A stretch of 64,000 nt of DNA from Opitutales bacterium. GTDB taxonomy: Bacteria > Verrucomicrobiota > Verrucomicrobiia > Opitutales > UBA953. The DNA is taken from NCBI GenBank assembly GCA_016463705.1, contig JAEMQU010000004.1:17812-81811 (forward strand), read 5' to 3'. The notes below the pieces were generated by a model. It ran no database searches, was not told where the DNA came from, and was given only the letters and a program-made list of their open reading frames with translations. Positions 47,689 through 56,090 of this stretch are shown piece after piece (the stretch's first letter is position 1; each line of letters starts with the position of its first letter). A program made the position numbers and the translations under genes.

Positions 47689-50208
47689 CTAGTGCTTATC
47701 TTCGCCGTCGTCAGAGATTTCTGCCGAGGCGGTAGCGGCCGGTGTATCACTCAATCGAATTAAGGATTCCAGTGACGAGAAGTGACGGGTCCAATCAGTC
47801 ATATCAGGAATATCACCGACAATCGCGGAGAATAATTCACGCTTACTTTGTTTGAGATCTTCAATGCGTGATTCCACGGTACCGGGAGCAATCATCCGAT
47901 AAATCATTACGTGATTTTTCTGGCCGATGCGGTGGACGCGGTCGACGGCCTGACTTTCCACTGCAGGATTCCACCAAGGGTCCATTAAGAAAACATATTC
48001 CGCCGTATTCAGGGTGATACCAGTACCACCTGCTTTGAGTGAAGCTAGGAATACTGCCGGGCCTTTGGTCTCTTTAAAGTTTTCAACAGGTGATGAGCGA
48101 TCTTTGGTTTCGCCTGTTAATTCGAAAATCGGAAGATTCGGTAAATCCCTACCAAGAGTTGCCTTCACCCGATTCAGTAAGGTGACGAATTGTGAGAAGA
48201 CGACTGCCTTGGAACCGTTGGCCGCAATTTCGGATAATTTGGAAATCAAAAGAGTTATTTTACCAGAATGAGTTGAGTGGGCATGGGCATTCTCGGGCAA
48301 TAAACCTGGGTCACAACAGACCTGACGTAGGCGCATTAAGAGGGTGAGGAATGAAGCGGAGTCTCGCGATAAAACCGTAGCCAAGTCTCCCGACAAGCCA
48401 CTGCCCTGCGTTAAGTGCTGGTAAAGCGCACGTTGTTCGTGCGTGAGCGGACACGGCAAGACCACTTCTAGTTTCGGTGGAATGTCGGACGCCACGTGAC
48501 GCTTTAATCGTCGAAGAATAAACGGTGAAACTTGACGACGTACTTTAACATGCGCGGCGGATTCATCACGGAGCATGAATTTTTCAAATTGCGCACGCTT
48601 TCCTAAAAGACCAGGCATCAGGAAACGGAAGATGGTCCATAAATCAGTGAGACGATTTTCCAGAGGCGTTCCGGTAATGGCGATGCGGTGGAGTGCTTTT
48701 ACACTGAGGCAAGTCTGCGTAGTTTTTGCCTCAGGATTTTTAATCGCTTGGGCTTCATCGAGTACCACGTAACCGAATTCTGTTTTTTCCAGGAGATCGG
48801 CGTGGCGGCGAAGTTGAGTGTAACTGGAGATCCAAAGTTTTGCTTTTGGGTTTTTCGCGAAATCGTCCTCGGCCGTTAAGACGGCGACCCCGGCCGAGAG
48901 TTCGGGATGGAACCGTTTAATTTCACCAATCCAAACGGGGATCACACTGGCTGGGCAGACAATGAGGGAGCGGTCGCCGGCGGGTCTCGACGCCAACAAG
49001 GACAGAACTTGAACGGTCTTACCTAGGCCCATTTCATCGGCCAGTAAGGGATGCGAGCCCAAGTCGCAAAGTCGACTAAGCCAGGCGACGCCCTTGGCTT
49101 GATAGGGACGTAAATAAGTAGGCAAGCCTTCCGGCTGTGGGGGCTCTTGCAGCAGACGGTCTTTCCATTCCTTCAAATCATCGTTCAACTTCAATGTGCC
49201 GACTGCAGGGTGATCGAAGAGTGAAAGTAATAAGTAGCGCGGAACTTCGCCATCCTTGCTTTTCCAATCTTCAGAAAAATCAGCTACCGATGCGTTGTAG
49301 GCCACCACCCCCTTACCAGGTAAAATTACTGGGCGACCACCCGCTTTTAATAATAATTTTTGCTCGTGCTCGAGTAAGGGGTGACTGCCCGCCTTCAGAT
49401 TCCAACTCAGACGGAATGATTTACCGTCATTGCCCGTGTTAGCTTGGGCATCGATGGCGACCTGTAATTGTTCGTTACGGAAAATATTTAAAGAATCTTC
49501 TCCGACGAGTTTAAATCTTTTACGCCACTCATTTAATTCTTCGCGAACGAATCTTTCAATTCTTCCGATATTATCAATCGCCCAAGTGCCAGCGGTTTTA
49601 CTGTAAACATAACCGGCACGGTGGGCGACGGTACTGAAACGGAATAAAGTCTGGCGCTGTTCGTCGGAGAGTTCATCGCCGGGTACGGCGCCTGGACCAA
49701 AGCAATTATAGGCATGTCCGCCCCTGCCCGCCCAGGAGGCCGATGCGGTTAACCCCTCGGATACTAATTCGAAAGACACTTGAAGTTTCAGCGCCAGACG
49801 AGCTGAGGTATCTTTCTTTTCAGGCTCAACGGGTAAGACAGGTTGTACATCGGGCACTGAGTCATCGATGGCTTTGATCTCGTCAGCTAAAAGTTCTTCC
49901 ACTTCGTACATCGCGGCGACGGCATAAGGCGCCCCAGATTCATCTTCAGGTAAAGAACTTCTCCATTCAATTTTTCCGTCTTTCAGTTCAATGACCGCCC
50001 GCACAGTTTTATTATCAAATTTAGTAACCGCTTCGGCACTATGGGTTTTTAATTCGATCGAACGAACTAATCCTTCGGTATATATTTGTCGGCCAAGTTT
50101 TAAGTCTTTTGCTTTGAAGACAGTTTCCCACTCTTCGGGTAGGTCCTGGAACCAGTGTTCAAGGGCTTCCGTGGAATAGGAGCGGTTGGCCGGCCTTGGG
50201 GTAGACAT
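47689..50208 (-). CDS. SNF2-family DEAD/DEAH-box helicase with a ~370-aa N-terminal non-helicase region
   Basis: LRPYQAKGVAWL, LADEMGLGKTVQ (motif I), VLDEAQAIKN (motif II), C-terminal helicase block DPWWNPAVESQAVDRVHRIGQ. Confidence 0.88.
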   Translation of the reverse strand: MSTPRPANRSYSTEALEHWFQDLPEEWETVFKAKDLKLGRQIYTEGLVRSIELKTHSAEAVTKFDNKTVRAVIELKDGKIEWRSSLPEDESGAPYAVAAMYEVEELLADEIKAIDDSVPDVQPVLPVEPEKKDTSARLALKLQVSFELVSEGLTASASWAGRGGHAYNCFGPGAVPGDELSDEQRQTLFRFSTVAHRAGYVYSKTAGTWAIDNIGRIERFVREELNEWRKRFKLVGEDSLNIFRNEQLQVAIDAQANTGNDGKSFRLSWNLKAGSHPLLEHEQKLLLKAGGRPVILPGKGVVAYNASVADFSEDWKSKDGEVPRYLLLSLFDHPAVGTLKLNDDLKEWKDRLLQEPPQPEGLPTYLRPYQAKGVAWLSRLCDLGSHPLLADEMGLGKTVQVLSLLASRPAGDRSLIVCPASVIPVWIGEIKRFHPELSAGVAVLTAEDDFAKNPKAKLWISSYTQLRRHADLLEKTEFGYVVLDEAQAIKNPEAKTTQTCLSVKALHRIAITGTPLENRLTDLWTIFRFLMPGLLGKRAQFEKFMLRDESAAHVKVRRQVSPFILRRLKRHVASDIPPKLEVVLPCPLTHEQRALYQHLTQGSGLSGDLATVLSRDSASFLTLLMRLRQVCCDPGLLPENAHAHSTHSGKITLLISKLSEIAANGSKAVVFSQFVTLLNRVKATLGRDLPNLPIFELTGETKDRSSPVENFKETKGPAVFLASLKAGGTGITLNTAEYVFLMDPWWNPAVESQAVDRVHRIGQKNHVMIYRMIAPGTVESRIEDLKQSKRELFSAIVGDIPDMTDWTRHFSSLESLIRLSDTPAATASAEISDDGEDKH

Positions 50209-50340
50209 CGACGTAGAACGTTATCTTGGGTGTACATTTTAAGTCATTCAACCCTCAATCTTAACTAAATACTTTGGTCTGGGCTTGTTCTTGTCCCGGC
50301 CTCTGGTTTAATCCAAATCAAACTTTTAATCGTAACACAT

Positions 50341-53067
50341 ATGAAACACCTTAGTGTAGGTTCACGCTGGAATGCCGATTTGTTGGCGGAATATCACGAG
50401 CGTTGGAAAAAAGACCCGAAGTCGGTTGATGCAGATTGGGCCGCTTTCTTTGAAGGTTTCGAATTGGGTTTATCTCTTCCACCCAAACCTGCGAAAGGTT
50501 CTGTGGGCGTTATCCCTGGAGCAGCTGTTGACGCTTCTGCCCAAGTCAAAGTTCTTGCGGCGATTCAAGCCTACCGGACCTTAGGTCACTTACAGGCTAG
50601 AATTAATCCGCTATTCGATCCTACTCCTTATTTTGAATTAACTGATAAGGCTCTTGGACTCGATGCGCTCCCGCCGACGCAAATTTTCCACACGGGCGAT
50701 TTCCTAGGCGGTGCAATGCTCCCACTTTCAGAAATTTTAACTAAGCTAAAAAGTATCTATGGTGGCACCATCGCCGTTGAGTTCACCCACATTCAGGATG
50801 GTGTACGTCGACGCTGGTTTCAGGAACGCGTCGAAAGCTCGGGCTTACGCTCTGCCTATAATCACGATACCCGTCGCGGTTTTTTAAGAACTCTCGTCCA
50901 AGCAGAACAGTTGGAACGCTTTATTCATAAGACTTTTGTGGGGGCCAAGCGTTTCTCCGTCGAAGGTGGAGAAAGCATGATGGTCGCACTCGAACGAGTG
51001 ATCAGCCGTGCACCTGAATTAGACATTAACGATATCATTATCGGGATGTCGCACCGAGGTCGTCTCAATGTATTAGTAAATATCCTCGGTAAAAAAGCGG
51101 ACGCACTATTCAAAGCCTTCTCCGAAAGTTATGTTCCCGATACCAGTTCTGGCGACGGTGATGTAAAATACCACCTCGGCTATGAAAGCAGTCGCACCAT
51201 CAGCGGCAAAAATATCGCCCTCACTCTCGCCTATAATCCTAGTCACTTAGAAGCCGTTAATCCCATTGCTCTGGGTCGTGCTCGTGCGCGCGTTGATTTA
51301 CAAAACGAAGGTCAACGGGCCAAAGTTCTGCCTATTTTAATTCACGGTGACGCCGCATTCGCGGGTCAGGGTGTCGTGATGGAGTCGCTCAATCTTTCCG
51401 GCGTTAAGGGTTATACGGTCGGAGGTACGCTCCATATCGTTACGAACAATCAAGTAGGTTTCACCACCAACCCTGAGGATGGTCGCACGGGTCGTCACTG
51501 TACGGAAATCGCGAAGTTCATCGAAGCTCCGATTTTACACGTCAATGGCGACGATCCCGATGCCGTCGTCCTCGCGACAGAAATTGCTTTAGAATACCGC
51601 CAGAAATTCTCCGCCGATGTTGTCGTCGATATCGTTTGCTACCGTCGTTACGGCCATAACGAGACCGACGAGCCTCTCTTCACTCAGCCCATTTTATATA
51701 AGAATATTACAACACACCCGAGCGTCACTGAATTATATTCATCGCGCTTAACGGAGTCGGGCTCCGCACCGGGTGGTGAATTACAAAGCCTGCGGACGGA
51801 GTTCGATATTTTATATAACGCCGCCCAAGATCGTGCCCGGGCCAGCCTTGAGGCCGACCTCGCTAATAAGCCCGCGCCTAAGCTCAAACCTTTCCAATCT
51901 CCCTACGACGCACAGGTTGAGACGCGTGCCCAAGCGGAGTTATTACAAAAAATCGCGCCGTCACTTTGGACGATGCCACCCGATTTTGCGCCTAACTCAA
52001 AAATTAAGCGCATGTTGGATATCAAAAGAGATACCTTTAAATCAGGAATTAATTTCGACTGGAGTCTCGGCGAAGGCTTAGCCTTTGGATCACTCTTAGC
52101 AGAAGGTTATCCTGTCCGTATTTCTGGCCAGGACTGCGAGCGTGGCACTTTCTCTCACCGTCACGCGGTCCTGCATGATCCGTCGAACGACGCGAAATAT
52201 TGCCCGCTCAATTCAGTGCCTGGTGGCGAGTCGATTGAGTTAGTAAATTCCACTTTATCGGAATACGCCGTGCTCGGTTTTGATTACGGATATTCCTTAG
52301 AAGCCCCAGATTCATTGGTGATTTGGGAAGCGCAATTCGGAGACTTTTCAAACGGCGCCCAAATTGTCATCGATCAATTCATCGCTTCCGCTGAATCTAA
52401 ATGGGGCCAGACGAGCGGCTTAGTGCTTCTGCTTCCTCACGGCTACGAAGGCCAAGGCCCAGAACACTCTTCGGCGCGACTCGAAAGATATCTCCAACTG
52501 TGTGCTGAAAATAATATTCAAGTGATTCAGCCTTCCACTCCTGCTCAACTTTTCCACGCCTTACGCCGTCAGGTTAAGTCCGAACATCGCAAGCCCCTCA
52601 TTGTGCTGACACCCAAGAGCTTACTCCGTCACAAAACCTGCGTCAGTAAATTTGAAGATTTCACGGAGAAAGATTTCCAACCTTTTATTGCTGACTCAAC
52701 TCCGGCTGTTAAAACCGACCGCCTCATTCTTTGTTCAGGAAAAGTATTTTACGATCTCGAAGCCGAACGGGCCGCTCGCCATGATGCAACGACCACCATT
52801 GTTCGCGTCGAACAACTCTTCCCTCTCGATCCCTCTGCCTTAAAGAAGATTCATACGCAGTACGGTTCGCCCGCCAAAGTAGTTTGGGTACAAGAAGAAC
52901 CCAAGAATATGGCGGGATGGACATTCATTTCACCCATCATCGAGTCCTCACTTGGAGTTCAGCCCTTGTACGCTGGACGTGATGCCGCCGCTTCTCCCGC
53001 CGTGGGCGCCCTTTCTGTCCATAAACTCGAGCAATCTGACGTAATTCAGCAGGCGTTTACTGTCTAA
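50341..53067 (+). CDS. sucA: 2-oxoglutarate dehydrogenase E1 component
   Basis: YRTLGHLQARINPL, GMSHRGRLNVL, GDVKYHLG, IHGDAAFAGQGVV, YRRYGHNE. Confidence 0.93.
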   Translation: MKHLSVGSRWNADLLAEYHERWKKDPKSVDADWAAFFEGFELGLSLPPKPAKGSVGVIPGAAVDASAQVKVLAAIQAYRTLGHLQARINPLFDPTPYFELTDKALGLDALPPTQIFHTGDFLGGAMLPLSEILTKLKSIYGGTIAVEFTHIQDGVRRRWFQERVESSGLRSAYNHDTRRGFLRTLVQAEQLERFIHKTFVGAKRFSVEGGESMMVALERVISRAPELDINDIIIGMSHRGRLNVLVNILGKKADALFKAFSESYVPDTSSGDGDVKYHLGYESSRTISGKNIALTLAYNPSHLEAVNPIALGRARARVDLQNEGQRAKVLPILIHGDAAFAGQGVVMESLNLSGVKGYTVGGTLHIVTNNQVGFTTNPEDGRTGRHCTEIAKFIEAPILHVNGDDPDAVVLATEIALEYRQKFSADVVVDIVCYRRYGHNETDEPLFTQPILYKNITTHPSVTELYSSRLTESGSAPGGELQSLRTEFDILYNAAQDRARASLEADLANKPAPKLKPFQSPYDAQVETRAQAELLQKIAPSLWTMPPDFAPNSKIKRMLDIKRDTFKSGINFDWSLGEGLAFGSLLAEGYPVRISGQDCERGTFSHRHAVLHDPSNDAKYCPLNSVPGGESIELVNSTLSEYAVLGFDYGYSLEAPDSLVIWEAQFGDFSNGAQIVIDQFIASAESKWGQTSGLVLLLPHGYEGQGPEHSSARLERYLQLCAENNIQVIQPSTPAQLFHALRRQVKSEHRKPLIVLTPKSLLRHKTCVSKFEDFTEKDFQPFIADSTPAVKTDRLILCSGKVFYDLEAERAARHDATTTIVRVEQLFPLDPSALKKIHTQYGSPAKVVWVQEEPKNMAGWTFISPIIESSLGVQPLYAGRDAAASPAVGALSVHKLEQSDVIQQAFTV

Positions 53068-53203
53068 AATTCGTTCAGTAGAAGATTTAACAGCGAGTTT
53101 GTGGTCACCTTCTACAATCGGGCAGAACCGATATTGTGAAAAATTGTCCTATTTCCCCGTTGAAACTGTCGGGTAGTACTTACAAAGTCGTAGTCTTACT
53201 TTT

Positions 53204-54478
53204 ATGGCTGTGGACGTCAAAATACCCTCGATGGGCGAATCAATCACTGGTGGCCTCCTATCTACATGGGCGGTAAAAAACGGTGATAACGTTAAAAAAG
53301 GTCAGGCCATATTCTCTTTCGAGACCGATAAAGTTACTTCCGACGGCACAGCGGAGATTGATGGTCAAATTACCATCACCGTTCCCGCGGAAACTGAAGT
53401 GACGGTCGGACAAGTCGTCGCCACCATCGCCCCAGGATCTTCAACAAGCTCACCAGCACCCGCGACTGCATCAACACCCGCCGCACAACCTGTAGCTCCA
53501 AAAGTGGTGTCGGCCGCTGCTCCTAAAATAGCGAGTGCGCCCCTTGTTAAAACTGAAAACTTTGAAGCATCACCCGCCGTCCGTAGAATCGCCGCAGAAA
53601 CGGGTTTAAATCCTAATAGCATTCCTGGAACCGGCAAAGCTGGACGTGTAACCAAGGGCGATATGCTCGCGGCACTTGATGGACAAACTCCCATCGTGGC
53701 AGTTGCACCTTCAGCAGTAAGCACTGTAACCGCACCCGTAGCAGAAAAAGCAGCGGCGATTGAAATTCCTAATCGCGAAGGACGCACGACCAGAAAACGG
53801 ATGTCACCTCTGCGTCGCAAAATTGCTGAACGTCTCGTCCAAGCGAAGTCCGAGACTGCCATGCTGACGACTTTCAACGAAGTGAACATGGCGCCCATCA
53901 TGGAACTTCGTAAACGTCACGGTGAAGAATTCCTCAAGAAATACGGTATCAAACTCGGGTTTATGTCGTTCTTCGTCAAAGCCGCGGTCCAGGCCCTGAA
54001 AGAAGTTCGCACCGTTAATGCCCAGTTAGACGGTGATGATATTCTGGAAAATAATTTCTATGATATTGGTGTCGCCGTTGGCACCGACAAAGGTCTGATG
54101 GTTCCGGTGGTTCGCGATTGCGATCAACTGAGTTTCGCTGGAATCGAAAATGCGATTAGCGATTTCGGTAAACGTGCGCGCGATGGAAAAATTCAGTTAC
54201 CCGAACTTCAAGGCGGCGTCTTCACTATTTCCAACGGTGGCATCTATGGTTCGATGCTCTCCACTCCGATTTTAAATCACCCCCAAGCTGCCATCATGGG
54301 CTTACACAATATTGTCGAACGTGCCGTCGTAGAAAAAGGACAAATTGTTATTCGTCCTATCATGTACCTCGCCCTTTCCTACGATCACCGGATTATTGAC
54401 GGCAAGGAAGCCGTTACCTTCTTGGTCAAAGTTCGCCAGTACATTGAAGAACCTCAAACCCTACTCTTCGGAGCCTAA
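53204..54478 (+). CDS. sucB: dihydrolipoyllysine-residue succinyltransferase (E2o)
   Basis: Lipoyl domain with ETDKVTS (lipoyl-Lys), an Ala/Pro linker, a peripheral subunit-binding domain ([12 protein letters not shown]) and a catalytic domain ending in [14 protein letters not shown]. Confidence 0.92.
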   Translation: MAVDVKIPSMGESITGGLLSTWAVKNGDNVKKGQAIFSFETDKVTSDGTAEIDGQITITVPAETEVTVGQVVATIAPGSSTSSPAPATASTPAAQPVAPKVVSAAAPKIASAPLVKTENFEASPAVRRIAAETGLNPNSIPGTGKAGRVTKGDMLAALDGQTPIVAVAPSAVSTVTAPVAEKAAAIEIPNREGRTTRKRMSPLRRKIAERLVQAKSETAMLTTFNEVNMAPIMELRKRHGEEFLKKYGIKLGFMSFFVKAAVQALKEVRTVNAQLDGDDILENNFYDIGVAVGTDKGLMVPVVRDCDQLSFAGIENAISDFGKRARDGKIQLPELQGGVFTISNGGIYGSMLSTPILNHPQAAIMGLHNIVERAVVEKGQIVIRPIMYLALSYDHRIIDGKEAVTFLVKVRQYIEEPQTLLFGA

Positions 54479-54493
54479 TTTCTAAACAAAACT

Positions 54494-55894
54494 ATGTCAC
54501 AACTTGATCTCGTCGTTATTGGCTCTGGCCCAGGAGGCTATGTCGCCGCAATTAAAGCCGCGCAACTCGGATTGAAGGTCGCGCTCGTCGAAAAAGACCC
54601 TGTGCTAGGCGGCACCTGCCTAAACGTTGGCTGTATTCCTTCGAAGGCCCTTCTGCATTCCACCGAAGTATTTCAACACGTCGTCCACGGCAAAAAACAT
54701 GGCATCGTTGGTGGCGAGAAAATAACTTTTGATGTAGCAGCGATGATGGCCAACAAAGATAAGGTCGTCGGACAGCTCAACAAAGGTGTGGAATTTTTAG
54801 TGAGCAAACGCGGCGTAGAAATTGTTCGCGGACTGGGTCGACTCGGAAAAGCAGGCGAAGTTCTCGTACGCAGCACCGCCGGCGAACGTATTCTTGAAAC
54901 CAAGAACATCATCATCGCGACGGGATCTTCTGCAGTTGAACTCCCCTTCATGAAATTTGATGGTGAGACTATCATTTCCTCCGACCATGGTATCGCTTTA
55001 AAAGCGGTGCCTACTAACATGATTGTGGTCGGCGCTGGGGCAATCGGACTCGAACTCGGATCCGTCTGGGCTCGTCTCGGTTCACAAGTCACCGTCGTAG
55101 AAATGCTCCCCACGATTGGCGGACCCTCTTACGACACCGATGTCGCGAAAGTCGCTCAAGCTGCTTTTGAAAAACAAGGAATCAAATTTGAACTCGGTGC
55201 TAAAGTGACTGGCGTTAAGAAAACTGCTGCCGGCTTTGCTTTAACGGCTGAACGCGAAGGCAAAGTTTTAGAATTCCCTGCTGATAAAATCCTCGTCGCG
55301 GTCGGTCGTAAGGCCAACACCGTAGGCCTGGGTGCCCAAGAAGCCGGACTCAAACTTGATGAAAGAAATCGCATCGTGATTGATGGCCACTATCGCACGA
55401 ACCTTCCTGGAGTTTATGCGATTGGCGATGTGGTAGCAGGCCCCATGCTTGCGCACAAAGCGGAAGAAGAAGGTGTGGCTGCGGCTGAGATTATTGCCGG
55501 TAAACCAGGTCACGTAAATTATAACGTCATCCCTGGTGTCATTTATACTGACCCTGAAGTCGCTTGTGTGGGCATGATTGAATCCGAAGCCAAAGCCCAA
55601 AACATCGAAGTGAAGATTGGTAAATTCCAACTCGCTGGAAACGGACGCGCTATCGCTTCCGACGCAACGTCGGGATTCGTTAAAGTCATCGCCGATGCGA
55701 AGACCGATAAACTTTTAGGTGTACAAATTGTTTCGCGTGGTGCGTCTGAAATGATTGCAGCTGCCTGTGCTCACCTCGAGTACGGTGGTAGCGCTGAAGA
55801 CGTGGCACGCACTTGTTTTGCCCACCCAACGATCAGCGAGTCTTTCAAGGAGGCAGCGATGGCGGTCAATAAAGTGAGCATCCACTCGCTCTAA
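54494..55894 (+). CDS. lpdA: dihydrolipoyl dehydrogenase (E3)
   Basis: VIGSGPGGYVAAI, redox-active GGTCLNVGCIPSK, C-terminal HAHPT. Confidence 0.93.
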   Translation: MSQLDLVVIGSGPGGYVAAIKAAQLGLKVALVEKDPVLGGTCLNVGCIPSKALLHSTEVFQHVVHGKKHGIVGGEKITFDVAAMMANKDKVVGQLNKGVEFLVSKRGVEIVRGLGRLGKAGEVLVRSTAGERILETKNIIIATGSSAVELPFMKFDGETIISSDHGIALKAVPTNMIVVGAGAIGLELGSVWARLGSQVTVVEMLPTIGGPSYDTDVAKVAQAAFEKQGIKFELGAKVTGVKKTAAGFALTAEREGKVLEFPADKILVAVGRKANTVGLGAQEAGLKLDERNRIVIDGHYRTNLPGVYAIGDVVAGPMLAHKAEEEGVAAAEIIAGKPGHVNYNVIPGVIYTDPEVACVGMIESEAKAQNIEVKIGKFQLAGNGRAIASDATSGFVKVIADAKTDKLLGVQIVSRGASEMIAAACAHLEYGGSAEDVARTCFAHPTISESFKEAAMAVNKVSIHSL

Positions 55895-55924
55895 GTCGGC
55901 CCGACGACCTAACGTTAAAATTGA

Positions 55925-56025
55925 GGGGCTAGGCTTACCACGGCACACGAGAAATCAGACTGCCGTTGCTTCCTTCCGGACCTGGCGGGGTTCGCCCGCT
56001 CCCGTTGCATGGGGCCTAGCTTACC
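55925..56025 (-). ncRNA. ffs: signal recognition particle RNA (small bacterial 4.5S-type); ends approximate to +/-10 nt
   Basis: The minus strand reads ...GCUAGGCCCCAUGCAACGGGAGCGGGCGAACCCCGCCAGGUCCGGAAGGAAGCAACGGCAGUCUGAUUUCUCGUGUGCCGUGGUAAGCCUAGCCCCUCAAUUUU. It contains the conserved AGGUCCGGAAGGAAGCA domain IV loop and the opposing GGCAG...CGUGUGCCG strand seen in E. coli 4.5S RNA. A closing helix GCUAGGC/GCCUAGC is followed by a U run. Confidence 0.85.
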
Positions 56026-56090
56026 TTTAATGTGATAAATCTATTAACGCTTTTCAATCTCCAACTTACCCCCTAATCCTACCATCCTAA

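Noticed and set aside
53077-53114. A GTAGAAG-N24-CTTCTAC inverted repeat in the sucA-sucB spacer, considered as a terminator or attenuator.
   Set aside because: It is a 7-bp AT-rich stem with a 24-nt loop and no downstream T tract. sucA and sucB are expected to be co-transcribed.
53365-53901. A 178-aa antisense ORF inside sucB.
   Set aside because: It lies opposite the Ala/Pro-rich linker region of E2, where GC-rich, low-complexity codons keep the reverse frames open. Its product is low-complexity Ala/Thr/Gly with no start context. The sense gene is unambiguous.
55925-56025. A near-direct repeat ggggctaggcttacc / ggggcctagcttacc, considered as target-site duplications of an inserted element.
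   Set aside because: The two copies contain the palindromic CTAG core and form the closing helix of the SRP RNA. No mobile-element gene lies between them.
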